A stretch of DNA of 64,000 bases from Candidatus Moraniibacteriota bacterium (GTDB taxonomy: Bacteria > Patescibacteriota > Minisyncoccia > Moranbacterales > UBA1568). Shown here piece by piece: positions 20,298 to 29,079 of this stretch (positions within the stretch are counted from its first letter, which is position 1; each line of letters opens with the position of its first letter). The position numbers were made by a program, and so were the translations under genes. The stretch spans positions 11,921-75,920 of the forward strand of contig JAGOBM010000006.1 of NCBI GenBank assembly GCA_017983435.1, read 5' to 3'. The notes beneath the pieces are model-generated. The model had not been told where the DNA came from and did not search any database. It saw nothing but the letters and a program-made list of their open reading frames with translations.

Positions 20298-20380
20298 GAT
20301 ATCCTCCTGATTGGTATAATCTCAAAGAACGCCCGTAACTCTACCGGATTCCCACAAAAAGTAAAGTGTCACAATAAAAA

Positions 20381-20421
20381 AACAAGCCCCTGCACCTAGA
20401 AGGCGCTGAGGTTTGTTTTTG
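20381..20421 (-). terminator. rho-independent-like hairpin + U-run downstream (minus sense) of the 148-nt tRNA-like element
   Basis: aaaacaagcc...ggtttgtttt, then TTTTTTT on the minus strand. Confidence 0.4.
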
Positions 20422-20423
20422 TG

Positions 20424-20571
20424 TGGGTAGGGAGGGATTTCCGCCTCGTCGTCTGCTGACGACTTCGTTGCCCTGGGCAGCGCCAGATGCTTGCTCGCGC
20501 GCATCTGTCGACACTCGCCAGTTTCGCCTTCGCGAAAGGACTCGCTCCTGCCCGTTCGAATCCCTCCCTAC
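20424..20571 (-). other. 148-nt element bounded by perfect inverted copies of the tRNA-Tyr 3' end; minus-strand RNA would have a 13-bp acceptor-like stem ending in CCA; contains conserved 47-nt block (copy 2)
   Basis: 20424-20439 directly repeats tRNA-Tyr gene 20626-20641 (tgggtagggagggatt). 20554-20571 is its inverted copy. 20515-20561 matches the 18716-18762 block. Confidence 0.75.
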
Positions 20572-20580
20572 TTCAAAATA

Positions 20581-20619
20581 AAACTACAAAAGCACCCAGG
20601 ATGGGTGCTTTTGTAGTTT
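20581..20619 (-). terminator. rho-independent terminator after tRNA-Tyr (perfect 18-bp hairpin + U-rich tract)
   Basis: aaactacaaaagcaccca gga tgggtgcttttgtagttt. Confidence 0.65.
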
Positions 20620-20625
20620 ATACTG

Positions 20626-20709
20626 TGGGTAGGGAGGGATTCGAACCCCCGTAGCCCGTAGGGCGTCAGATTTACAGTCTGATGCATTTGACCGCTCTGC
20701 TACCTACCC
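20626..20709 (-). tRNA. tRNA-Tyr (anticodon GTA), long variable arm
   Basis: rc: GGGTAGGTAGCAGAGCGGTCAAATGCATCAGACTGTAAATCTGACGCCCTACGGGCTACGGGGGTTCGAATCCCTCCCTACCCA. Confidence 0.85.
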
Positions 20710-20791
20710 ATTTTCGTAAAATAACCAAGCACCGAAATCCAATCACCAAATAAATCTCAATTCTCAATTATTCAAAATCCAAATAGGTTTG

Positions 20792-20853
20792 TTTGGAATT
20801 TGAAATTTGGTTATTGGAATTTATTTGGAAATTGAAATTTGGTTATTGGAAAT
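20792..20853. repeat. two tandem ~30-nt AT-rich direct repeats (tttggaaWttgaaatttggttattggaaWt) between tRNA-Thr(TGT) and tRNA-Tyr
   Basis: Units at 20792-20820 and 20824-20853; only two copies, no spacer structure. Confidence 0.7.
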
Positions 20854-20861
20854 TCCACTAG

Positions 20862-20933
20862 AGCCACCTCTCGGATTTGAACCGAGGACCAACGGTTTAC
20901 AAAACCGCTGCTCTACCCCTGAGCTAAGGTGGC
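20862..20933 (-). tRNA. tRNA-Thr (anticodon TGT)
   Basis: rc: GCCACCTTAGCTCAGGGGTAGAGCAGCGGTTTTGTAAACCGTTGGTCCTCGGTTCAAATCCGAGAGGTGGCT. Confidence 0.85.
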
Positions 20934-20983
20934 CGGTCGCTCTAACCCATCCATCATAGCGGAAGAAGCTCGGCTCTTCAAGC

Positions 20984-21775
20984 CTACTTCTGAGACAGGA
21001 GCCTTTCGAGACGGCGGATCTTGATTTTTACCATCCGCTGCACCGGAGAAAGCTTCAACACCTGGCGATAGCATTCTTTTGCATCCTGTATGCTGCCCCG
21101 TTCCATATAGAAGTCCCCGAGAGCTTCATACGCCGTATAATCCTTCGGGTTGACTGCGATACGCGCGATCAGATCTTCCTCTATCGGTTTCGGAGTGAGC
21201 TTGCGTTTCGGCCGCTCGGGCAGGGCGGCGCGATCACTGACCATCGGACGCACGACCGGTGTATCCGCTGATACTTCTTCAGTTTCCTCTCTCCTTCTCC
21301 GCCGGAGAGGCGTCGTCAGACTGAATGCCGGAGCGAGAGGCGCTTCCATCGACACCGATGTCTCTTCCAGAAGGATCGATGGCCGCATAGAACCGCTTGC
21401 TCCATCCATCAACGGCTGCGCGATATCGCTCTCGTCGAAATCATTCTCCTCATCAACCAGAGACTCAGATTCATGCTCTTCCGCGCTCGCCACCATCCGG
21501 CTATCGGAAATCTTTCTTTTCTCCTTCACTGACTGGAGGAAATCATGAAACGTATTGTGCACCCGCAGCGACATCACTTTGAAACGCTGCGCGAGCTTCT
21601 CGAGTACCCGCAAAGAAAACCCGCGCAAGGCGGCCCGGATCCGGCTCTCATGAGCATCCCCGATAGCCAAGGCCCGCTTCGCCACCTCCGGATCAACTCC
21701 TCGTAGGGAGAGATACCAGAGAATCAGGACAAAACAGGCGACAACGACTATCGGTGGAATGATGAGATGCCACAT
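20984..21775 (-). CDS. membrane-anchored TPR-repeat protein
   Basis: First ATG (MWHLIIPPIVVVACFVLILWYL) taken as start (ORF-track start is TTG). Low-complexity middle; C-terminal TPR-like YTAYEALGDFYMERGSIQDAKECYRQVLKL. Confidence 0.5.
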   Translation of the reverse strand: MWHLIIPPIVVVACFVLILWYLSLRGVDPEVAKRALAIGDAHESRIRAALRGFSLRVLEKLAQRFKVMSLRVHNTFHDFLQSVKEKRKISDSRMVASAEEHESESLVDEENDFDESDIAQPLMDGASGSMRPSILLEETSVSMEAPLAPAFSLTTPLRRRRREETEEVSADTPVVRPMVSDRAALPERPKRKLTPKPIEEDLIARIAVNPKDYTAYEALGDFYMERGSIQDAKECYRQVLKLSPVQRMVKIKIRRLERLLSQK

Positions 21776-21805
21776 GGACGCAGACAGAAACAATTAAGGA
21801 TGCGA

Positions 21806-22390
21806 TCAGATCTCGTAACGGACGAAGCTGCCTACCTGGATATTCTCCCCTACCTTATGGATCGCCTCGGTAATGAGGTCTCCAACCGTCTTTTCGGCAT
21901 CCTTGACGAACGCCTGCGAAAGGAGAGCGGCTTCATCGCGGAATTTCTTCTCTTTGCCAGCCATGATCTTCTCCATAATCTCAGCCGGTTTCTTCTCAGC
22001 TGCCAGCTGCTCTTTCCAGATCTCCTGCTCATGTGCCAGTACTTCGACAGACACGTCTTCCGGCTTGATACAGGTCGGGGCGAGCGCCGCGATATGCATA
22101 GCGATATCATGGGCCAAGGCCTTGAATTCATCGTTCCGCGCGACGAAATCCGTCTCGCAATACAGCTTGAGCAGTACGCCGACCCGGTCATTGCTATGCA
22201 CGTACGATACAACAACACCCTCATGCGTGTCGCGCTCGCCCTTCTTCATAGCCTTATCCTGGCCGCGCTTCCGGAGAATATCGATCGCTTTCGCCTCATC
22301 ACCAGCCGCTTCTTCGAGAGCCTTTTTGACATCCACGATGCCGGCTCCGGTCCGCTCGCGCAGACTCTTGATTAGTTCTATTTGACTCAT
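21806..22390 (-). CDS. tsf: elongation factor Ts (short form)
   Basis: MSQIELIKSLRERTGAGIVDVKKALEEA... UBA-like N-terminus and EF-Ts core. Confidence 0.9.
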   Translation of the reverse strand: MSQIELIKSLRERTGAGIVDVKKALEEAAGDEAKAIDILRKRGQDKAMKKGERDTHEGVVVSYVHSNDRVGVLLKLYCETDFVARNDEFKALAHDIAMHIAALAPTCIKPEDVSVEVLAHEQEIWKEQLAAEKKPAEIMEKIMAGKEKKFRDEAALLSQAFVKDAEKTVGDLITEAIHKVGENIQVGSFVRYEI

Positions 22391-22432
22391 AGAATGGTGC
22401 TTTTTTGATATTTTAACACGTCGAGTCGATGG

Positions 22433-23230
22433 CTACTTCCCCTCCTTCGCCTTGAGCACGACTTTGCCGAGCGCTCCCAACACCATGCGCAGCGACGACA
22501 CCGCGTCATCATTGCCCGGAATCGGATAATCGACGAACGATGGGTCGGTATTCGAATCGACGATGCCGACGATCGGCACTGAGAGCTTGCGCGCCTCATG
22601 AATCACGATATCCGCCTCGCGGGTATCCGCGATCACGATGGCGCCCGGAATCATATCGAGGGTCTTGATACCACCCATGCGCTTCTCGAGCCGTTCGATC
22701 TCTTCGTTCTTCTTGGCCTGCTCAAACTTCGTGTACTTCTTGAACTCACCACGGGCGAGCTTCTCCTCGGTCTCGACCAGATACTTGGCCCGCGACTTGA
22801 TATGGGAGAAATTGGTCAGCGTACCCCCGAGCCAGCGATCGATGACGTACGGCATCCCGATACGCTCCGCGAGCGACTTGACCGAGTCATGTGTCTGCTT
22901 CTTCACCCCGACAAACAGCACCGGCTTGCCGCTCTTCACTACTTCGGTCAGAAATGCCGAGGCAGTCTCCAACTTGGCGGCTGTCTTCTCGAGATCAAGA
23001 ATATTGATATTCTTGCGGGTCGTGAAGATATACTCATCCATCTTCGGATGACGACGCGACTTCAGATGCCCGAAGTGCACTCCTGCCTTGAGCAGATTCT
23101 CAAGAGTCACCTCGAGGGTGCCAAAATCGAAGCCGGCAAAGTATGCCACTTCTTCTACCGACTTGACTCCCTCCGCGGTGGTCGGTACAACCGCTTCCGC
23201 CGTCTCCGGCGCTGTGACGTTTTCCGTCAT
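22433..23230 (-). CDS. rpsB: 30S ribosomal protein S2 (with ~40-aa N-terminal extension)
   Basis: LLKAGVHFGHLKSRRHPKM and downstream S2 blocks. Confidence 0.95.
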   Translation of the reverse strand: MTENVTAPETAEAVVPTTAEGVKSVEEVAYFAGFDFGTLEVTLENLLKAGVHFGHLKSRRHPKMDEYIFTTRKNINILDLEKTAAKLETASAFLTEVVKSGKPVLFVGVKKQTHDSVKSLAERIGMPYVIDRWLGGTLTNFSHIKSRAKYLVETEEKLARGEFKKYTKFEQAKKNEEIERLEKRMGGIKTLDMIPGAIVIADTREADIVIHEARKLSVPIVGIVDSNTDPSFVDYPIPGNDDAVSSLRMVLGALGKVVLKAKEGK

Positions 23231-23488
23231 ATCTTTACCTTCCTTATTAGTTACTTCCGTTGCTCGTCATTACTGCGACTGACCAGCGCTGCTGCCGCTT
23301 ACCAGCGGAAACGAGCGAGGAATAGGTCAAAGTCTCGAGAAACGGGCTGATTTCACCGCTTACTCCGCGGAAAAATACAGTCGGAAGTATAGCAAATCAG
23401 CGGCCCTTGTCAATTTCTCATCCTTCTGCTAGGCTAGTGGCACGCTCATTTCTGGCGTTTTTGTTTTGTTATCCGCAATGCAACCGTT

Positions 23489-23764
23489 ATGAAAACCGGT
23501 ATCCACCCGACCTATCACGAGAAAGCGACTATTACCTGCGCCTGCGGTGCTGTTTTCAACACGGGTTCGACCGTCGTAGCGAGCAGCATTGAAATCTGCT
23601 CCCAGTGCCATCCGTTCTATACCGGCAAGAAGAAGTTCATCGACACCACCGGTCGTGTCGATCGTTTCAAGAAGCTGACCGAACGCGCTCAGGCCAAAGC
23701 AAGCGCTCTCAAGCCAAAAAAGGAGCGTGCTACCACCAAGGAAACCAAGGCCGAGGACAAATAA
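23489..23764 (+). CDS. rpmE: 50S ribosomal protein L31
   Basis: [20 protein letters not shown]...[13 protein letters not shown] (Cys4), Lys-rich C-terminal extension. Confidence 0.9.
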   Translation: MKTGIHPTYHEKATITCACGAVFNTGSTVVASSIEICSQCHPFYTGKKKFIDTTGRVDRFKKLTERAQAKASALKPKKERATTKETKAEDK

Positions 23765-23824
23765 CGCGACCTATTCCCGCGTCGTTTCGGCTTCCTTACT
23801 TCTTTCTCTCACTCTACCGGCGAC

Positions 23825-23855
23825 GCAAAAACCCCACATCGGGGTTTTTGCTTTT
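23825..23855 (+). terminator. rho-independent terminator (aaaaacccc acatc ggggttttt)
   Basis: Hairpin plus T-run between rpmE and prfA. Confidence 0.55.
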
Positions 23856-23879
23856 AAAGAGCCATGCTATAACACTCTT

Positions 23880-24983
23880 ATGAATATCCAGGCCTTGATC
23901 AGTGACATCGAAGCAGAATATGCCTCCATCGAGGCGAGCTTGAGCGATCCTGCGATCGTCGCTCAATCCAAGAAGCTTATCGAGCTCGGCCGCCGGAAAT
24001 CGGAACTCGAGACGATTATGATGCCGATCCATACTTTGAAAACACTCGAGCAAAATATGCGCGGCAATGCTGAAATCACTCAGGATCCGGAAGCGGACCC
24101 GGAACTCAAGACCATGGCTCTCGAAGAAAACATCGGTCTGGTAAAAGAAAGGGAGATACTCGAAGCCGAACTTCACCGTCTCCTCCTCCCGAAAGACCCG
24201 AATGACGACAAGGATATCATCGTTGAAATCCGTGCCGGTGCCGGCGGCGACGAATCCAGTCTTTTCGCAGCGGAACTGTTCCGCATGTACTCCCGCTATG
24301 CCGAACGCCTCGGCTGGCAGACCTCGCTCATGCATTCCAACCAGACGGAAGTCGGCGGCTTCAAGGAAGCGGTTTTTGAAATCACCCGAGGCCGGAGTGA
24401 ATATCCAGTCTATTCCAAACTCAAATACGAATCCGGTGTCCACCGGGTCCAGCGCGTACCGGAAACCGAGAAAGCCGGGCGCATCCATACCTCCACTGCT
24501 ACCGTCGCCGTCCTCCCGCAGGCAGAAGAAGTCGATATCAGCGTCAACCCGAGCGATCTCCGCATCGATACGTTCTGCTCATCCGGCCCGGGCGGTCAGT
24601 CGGTCAATACCACCTACAGCGCCGTCCGCATCACTCACTTGCCAAGCGGACTTGTTGTTTCCTGTCAGGATGAGAAATCCCAGATCAAAAACAAGGAAAA
24701 AGCCATGAAAGTCCTCCGCTCACGCCTCCTCCAGGCTGAGGAGGAGCGCCGAGCCAAGGAGCTTGGCGACGCCCGCAACAGCCAGATCGGTACTGGTGAT
24801 CGCAGCGAAAAGATCCGCACGTACAATTACCCGCAAGACCGCATCACTGACCACCGCATCAAGCAGTCCTGGAGCAATGTCCCGGGTATCCTGGCTGGTG
24901 CCATCGACCCGATCATCATGGCGCTCGAGGAAGAAGATATGCGTCTGAAACTCGAAGAGGCCGAAAAACGATCTCGCGCATGA
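23880..24983 (+). CDS. prfA: peptide chain release factor 1
   Basis: Start set at ATG 23880 ([14 protein letters not shown]) downstream of the rpmE terminator. GGQ motif ([11 protein letters not shown]) and RF1-type PxT tripeptide (PET). Confidence 0.9.
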   Translation: MNIQALISDIEAEYASIEASLSDPAIVAQSKKLIELGRRKSELETIMMPIHTLKTLEQNMRGNAEITQDPEADPELKTMALEENIGLVKEREILEAELHRLLLPKDPNDDKDIIVEIRAGAGGDESSLFAAELFRMYSRYAERLGWQTSLMHSNQTEVGGFKEAVFEITRGRSEYPVYSKLKYESGVHRVQRVPETEKAGRIHTSTATVAVLPQAEEVDISVNPSDLRIDTFCSSGPGGQSVNTTYSAVRITHLPSGLVVSCQDEKSQIKNKEKAMKVLRSRLLQAEEERRAKELGDARNSQIGTGDRSEKIRTYNYPQDRITDHRIKQSWSNVPGILAGAIDPIIMALEEEDMRLKLEEAEKRSRA

Positions 24984-25876
24984 GTCTTTCCGTACATGAT
25001 CTCGTTGTCGCCCACCTTTCCTCCCTGGCTCCGGAGGATTTTTTCCTGCTGCTCGCCCATACGACCGGACAATCTCGGGAATACCTCATCGCACACCCCG
25101 AATACCAGGTATCCGCACACATCCACACAAGATTCCTCGCACTCGCGGATCGCCGCCGGCATCACGAACCGATCGCCTATCTTACGGGGCACAAGGAATT
25201 CTACGGACTTGACTTCTCCGTGACGAGCGCGACGCTCATCCCGCGACCGGAAACCGAAATCATGGTCGAACATATCATCGAAGAGAGTCTCAAAAAAATA
25301 ACCGGTTCAAAGAAAAAAATAATCATCGCTGACATCGGCACCGGAAGCGGATGCATCATTATCTCTCTTGCTGCTCATCTCAGAAAAATCAGCGCTGAAA
25401 AATTTTCATCATTCGAATTCTGCGCTACCGATATCTCATCAGCCGCGCTCCGCACCGCTCGGAAGAATGCCAAGCGACATGACGTCGATAGCGCCATCGC
25501 TTTTCGTACCGGCAATCTACTCGTTCCAATCAGCAGCACACTCTCATCAGCCGACGAGATCATCATCGCGGCCAATCTCCCCTATCTCTCATCGCGCATC
25601 TACCAGAGCTCTGCGCCAGATGTCAGAGACTATGAACCGCGTACGGCGCTTGAGAGCCACACACAGGGACTCGGGCATATCTTGCTCCTGCTCGAGCAGA
25701 TATCCAGCATCCAATCATCCAAGAGAGCCATCCCTATCACGCTCTGGCTCGAAATCAGCCCGGAACAAAAACCCCTTATTTCAGCCAAAATACAGGATAT
25801 GCTTCCCGAGGCCGATCTGACATTCATCCATGATCTCGCGGGGAAATGCCGCTTCGCGCACATCATACTCGCGTAG
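24980..25876 (+). CDS. prmC: release-factor glutamine N5-methyltransferase PrmC/HemK
   Basis: ATGA overlap with prfA; SAM-binding [12 protein letters not shown] and NLPY variant of the NPPY motif. Confidence 0.8.
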   Translation: MSLSVHDLVVAHLSSLAPEDFFLLLAHTTGQSREYLIAHPEYQVSAHIHTRFLALADRRRHHEPIAYLTGHKEFYGLDFSVTSATLIPRPETEIMVEHIIEESLKKITGSKKKIIIADIGTGSGCIIISLAAHLRKISAEKFSSFEFCATDISSAALRTARKNAKRHDVDSAIAFRTGNLLVPISSTLSSADEIIIAANLPYLSSRIYQSSAPDVRDYEPRTALESHTQGLGHILLLLEQISSIQSSKRAIPITLWLEISPEQKPLISAKIQDMLPEADLTFIHDLAGKCRFAHIILA

Positions 25877-25887
25877 ATATATGCTTC

Positions 25888-25930
25888 AAAAAAAACAAAA
25901 CCCCCTTTCGGGGGATTTTGTTTTTCTTTT
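25888..25930. terminator. bidirectional rho-independent terminator (aaaaccccc tttc gggggatttt)
   Basis: A-run / GC hairpin / T-run between prmC (+) and the minus-strand micro-protein. Confidence 0.6.
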
Positions 25931-25950
25931 CGTGTTGAAACGAAGGAGAA

Positions 25951-26100
25951 CTACTTGCGCTTCTTTGAAGCCACCTTCTTCGTGGTCTTCTTTACGGCCT
26001 TCTTAGCAGTCTTCTTCACCGCCTTCTTCACGGTCTTCTTTACCGCTTTCTTGACGGCCTTCTTCACGGTCTTCTTTACTGCCTTTTTCTTGGTTGCCAT
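25951..26100 (-). CDS. Lys/Ala/Val-repeat histone-H1-like basic micro-protein (49 aa)
   Basis: Hand translation MATKKKAVKKTVKKAVKKAVKKTVKKAVKKTAKKAVKKTTKKVASKKRK; GGAGGTGA SD 5 nt before ATG; the plus-strand mirror ORF 25955..26149 is poly-Phe. Confidence 0.5.
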   Translation of the reverse strand: MATKKKAVKKTVKKAVKKAVKKTVKKAVKKTAKKAVKKTTKKVASKKRK

Positions 26101-26549
26101 AATGATCACCTCCTTCCATAATCTTCTGCATCAACTGACGTTGTCATGATGCGAAGACTTGTTATGGCACACAACATTTTTATATTTGTTGTTTGTGCGT
26201 GGCACGAAAGTTTTTTCATGCATCTTCATTATATATCATTTTAAAAAAAATCAAAGTGTTTTTTTCTCGTGTCAAGAGTCACGCGCGAAAAAAATAATTA
26301 AAAAAATATTTACGCGAAAAAATATCTCACGAAATATTTTGCTCATGCGACAGACAAAAAAATATACCGTGAGTACATATGGCAATCATCCGAGAGAGCT
26401 CTCCGTCATCGATCAGCACGCTCCCTCCGATGGCAGAAATATTTTTTCATCCCCCTATCGATGTTCTCACTCGGCATTCTCTAAAAAATACCCTGAAAAA
26501 CACCAAAAAAATCCCCTGAAATCAGCCATACATTGTCCATATTGTCTAG

Positions 26550-26578
26550 TTGACACCCCCGCGCATGAAACCTACTAT
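26550..26578 (+). promoter_or_regulatory. near-consensus sigma70 promoter (TTGACA-N17-TACTAT) with ~113-nt GC-rich leader before ATG 26699
   Basis: Exact -35, 17-nt spacer, 5/6 -10. Confidence 0.5.
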
Positions 26579-26698
26579 ACAAGGAAGGGGGTCGATTGGC
26601 TCTCGTTCTCCGGGAGTTCCGGGGCACCCTGAGCCGCCAGTCGCTTCAACGCAAGCAAGTCATTTGAAAACAATAACACTAGAAAGAGAGGTGACATT

Positions 26699-27292
26699 AT
26701 GAACGAACATGACATGGATGAGAAAGATCCGCTCTTCGAAGAAACATCCTCCAACGAAGTCCGCAATTGGCTTCAGGAGAATCTTCGCGTCATCGTGAGT
26801 GTCTTCATCGTCGGAGCGATCGCTCTTGGAATCTATTCCTACTCACAGCGCACCGAGACCGTATCGATGGATGACCTGGATACCGCTGCCTTGTCTGAGA
26901 TGGAAGCCGACGTCGTCGCTACCGATGACGCTGCCGTTTCATCGACGACGAAGGGTTCCGTAGCTCAGGCTCCGGCTGAAGTCTCCCGCGAGACTGAAGG
27001 AGCATTCATCGAGACCGCTGTCGCTGGCAATGGTTCAACCCATTTGGCCCGTCACGCGCTCATGAACTACCTGGAGAAGAATCCGGATTCATCGCTTTCT
27101 GCAGAGCACAAGGTCTATATCGAAGACTATCTCCGCAAAAACGTCGGACACCAAGGCGGTGTGCACGTCGGAACATCAATCGAATTCTCGAAAGATCTGA
27201 TCAACCAGGCGATCGGACAGTCGAAAAACCTGAACGACCGACAGCTCAACAATCTGAAGAAATACTCCGTACACGTCGCGGCTTACCGCTAA
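26699..27292 (+). CDS. membrane-anchored hypothetical protein
   Basis: AGAGAGGTGA SD; one N-terminal TM (VIVSVFIVGAIALGIY); followed by terminator. Confidence 0.55.
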   Translation: MNEHDMDEKDPLFEETSSNEVRNWLQENLRVIVSVFIVGAIALGIYSYSQRTETVSMDDLDTAALSEMEADVVATDDAAVSSTTKGSVAQAPAEVSRETEGAFIETAVAGNGSTHLARHALMNYLEKNPDSSLSAEHKVYIEDYLRKNVGHQGGVHVGTSIEFSKDLINQAIGQSKNLNDRQLNNLKKYSVHVAAYR

Positions 27293-27330
27293 TCTGTATT
27301 TCAGTCCTTCTCCGTTCTTTACCGTATGAC

Positions 27331-27368
27331 AGCAAAACCCCGGAAACTTCCGGGGTTTTGCTTTTTTT
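27331..27368 (+). terminator. rho-independent terminator (caaaaccccgg aaactt ccggggttttg + T7)
   Basis: Perfect 11-bp stem plus T-run. Confidence 0.65.
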
Positions 27369-27574
27369 GGGCCCATCCTCTTACTCGTAAGAATCAACAG
27401 CATTATATGGTTTTGAAATTTTCTTTTGTCATCCCGACCGAGTCTGCGAGTGGAGGGATCTCCATTGAAAATGCCCTGAGAAGCGAAATATTCAACGGAG
27501 ATTCCTCGACAAGCTCGGAATGACACATGAGTGAGATTTCAAGCAATACAAACAATACTGTTCATTCTTATAAC

Positions 27575-28015
27575 TTACTCGCTGTAATAGTCTATCCGAT
27601 CACCCTCTCTGAGCCGGTCCGCCGCTCCGGCATTCACTTCGATGACTTGGTCCGCCGCGACATCCGGACGGAACGTCTCTGCCGATGTCGGATCGATACG
27701 CCGCTCTATATACACCACTTTTCCTCCTGAGACCCAGATGATATCCAGAGGAAACCGCATTCCCTTCATCCAGAAGTCATGCCTCTCCGCTCGTGGAAAG
27801 ACAAACAGCATGGAGCACGCGGCACACAGGTCGTCTCTTCCGCTGAGTCCTCGCCCCCACAGCTCCGGCGTATCGGCGATTTCGATAGCATATTGGTTCC
27901 CCTGCCAGCCGACAGCCAAGAGCGTCTGATCAGACGAGGCAAAAAAATACGACCAGCCAGCACACCCGCCGACACCGAGCAGTAGTACTACTCCGATTAT
28001 GCAAACAGCGCGCAT
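27575..28015 (-). CDS. DUF192 (COG1430) family protein
   Basis: Signal-anchor then ...WGRGLSGRDDL...MLFVFP...FWMKGMRFPLDIIWVSGGKVV characteristic of DUF192. Confidence 0.65.
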   Translation of the reverse strand: MRAVCIIGVVLLLGVGGCAGWSYFFASSDQTLLAVGWQGNQYAIEIADTPELWGRGLSGRDDLCAACSMLFVFPRAERHDFWMKGMRFPLDIIWVSGGKVVYIERRIDPTSAETFRPDVAADQVIEVNAGAADRLREGDRIDYYSE

Positions 28016-28028
28016 ACTCCGTATTTCT

Positions 28029-29045
28029 CTATGAATTACTCTGATCCGGCACCTGATCCGAACGTTTCGCGACCACTACCGAAAGAAGAAAAGCGATCAG
28101 GAATACTCCGGTCAAAGCGAAGAATTTGCTTTCCGCTCGTGTCTTCAGCGCCAAGAGAGCGACGATGCCCGTAAAAGAGAGCAGTACAAAAGTAACCCGG
28201 CCCTGTGACCAGCCGAGACGCTTGAGCTTATGGTGCAGGTGGCGCTGATCGCCCTGAAATACCGACTTGCCCGACCAGAGACGCTCGAGAATGACATAGA
28301 ACGCATCCGCAATCGGCAGGACCAGGACCAGGAGAGCGGTCGCTATTTTCGTTCCGGCAGCCGTCGCCAAAAATGCGAGCAGAAAACCGAGAAACATCGA
28401 TCCGGTCGTACCGGCGAATATCCGTGCCGGCGGCAAATTGAACAAGAGGAATCCTGATACCGCACCGGCACCGCTCGCCGCGATGATCGCAAAGGCCGGC
28501 TGATTGACTTCCGGCTTCAATGCGAGGAAGAAAATCGTCAAGAGAGCGATCAGAGAGACGCCACCGCAGAGTCCATCGGATCCATCCAGCCAATTCAGAG
28601 CATTCATGAGCAAAAGGAGCCAAAAGAGGCCGATGAGGAATCCGATCAGCACCGAGAACTCGGACGGGAACGTGATGACGCCGCCGAACGGATTCGTGAT
28701 AAACAGGACGCGGGCCCCGAAGAGGAAGATCAGTACGGCCAGAATCGACTGGAAAAATATCTGCGATTTCCAAGAGAGCTCGAACAGGTCATCCCAGATA
28801 CCGAATCCGACGATAATCACCGTACCCAAGAGCAGTCCGACGAGCGGCAGCGACATCACGATGCGGCCATCCGCGAAGAATGCCGTCGAAAATCCCAGCA
28901 TGATGGCTACCCCGCCGAAACGGAACCACTGCTGCTTCCGTTTTTGAAGCCAAGAAGAAAGATGGACTATCGACAAGAACGCGAGTAGCACGGCCGTACT
29001 CACCAGAAAGGCGATCAGGAATGGCTTGAGAAAAAAATCCATCAT
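28029..29045 (-). CDS. MraY/WecA-family (GT4) polyprenyl-phosphate N-acetylhexosamine-1-phosphate transferase
   Basis: NALNWLDGSDGL and HLHHKLKRLGWS motifs; ~10 TM helices; start set at ATG 29045 (MMDFFLKPFL) so it does not overlap the upstream gene. Confidence 0.7.
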   Translation of the reverse strand: MMDFFLKPFLIAFLVSTAVLLAFLSIVHLSSWLQKRKQQWFRFGGVAIMLGFSTAFFADGRIVMSLPLVGLLLGTVIIVGFGIWDDLFELSWKSQIFFQSILAVLIFLFGARVLFITNPFGGVITFPSEFSVLIGFLIGLFWLLLLMNALNWLDGSDGLCGGVSLIALLTIFFLALKPEVNQPAFAIIAASGAGAVSGFLLFNLPPARIFAGTTGSMFLGFLLAFLATAAGTKIATALLVLVLPIADAFYVILERLWSGKSVFQGDQRHLHHKLKRLGWSQGRVTFVLLSFTGIVALLALKTRAESKFFALTGVFLIAFLLSVVVAKRSDQVPDQSNS

Positions 29046-29079
29046 ACGCCGTGACTCTCGCCCTCCCCGAGCAGCAGAA

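Noticed and set aside
20424-20571. tmRNA (ssrA) hypothesis for the tRNA-like element
   Set aside because: GGAUUCGAACGGG resembles the tmRNA 5' motif and there is a CCA-ended acceptor-like helix, but the element is only ~148 nt and no frame contains a tag-peptide ORF ending in a stop; the resemblance is explained by it being an inverted copy of a tRNA T-arm.
20792-20853. CRISPR array
   Set aside because: Only two adjacent direct repeats with a 3-nt gap, no unique spacers, no cas genes.
25955-26149. Plus-strand ORF encoding a poly-Phe/Thr/Ala protein (MRFFEATFFVVFFTAFLAVFF...)
   Set aside because: It is the mirror image of the minus-strand Lys-rich histone-like frame, which has a strong SD and a biologically familiar composition; treated as a shadow ORF.
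26159-26632. 157-aa ORF inside the AT-rich island
   Set aside because: Low-complexity Phe/Lys/Ile-rich translation typical of AT-rich non-coding DNA; no SD; spans a promoter-like region.
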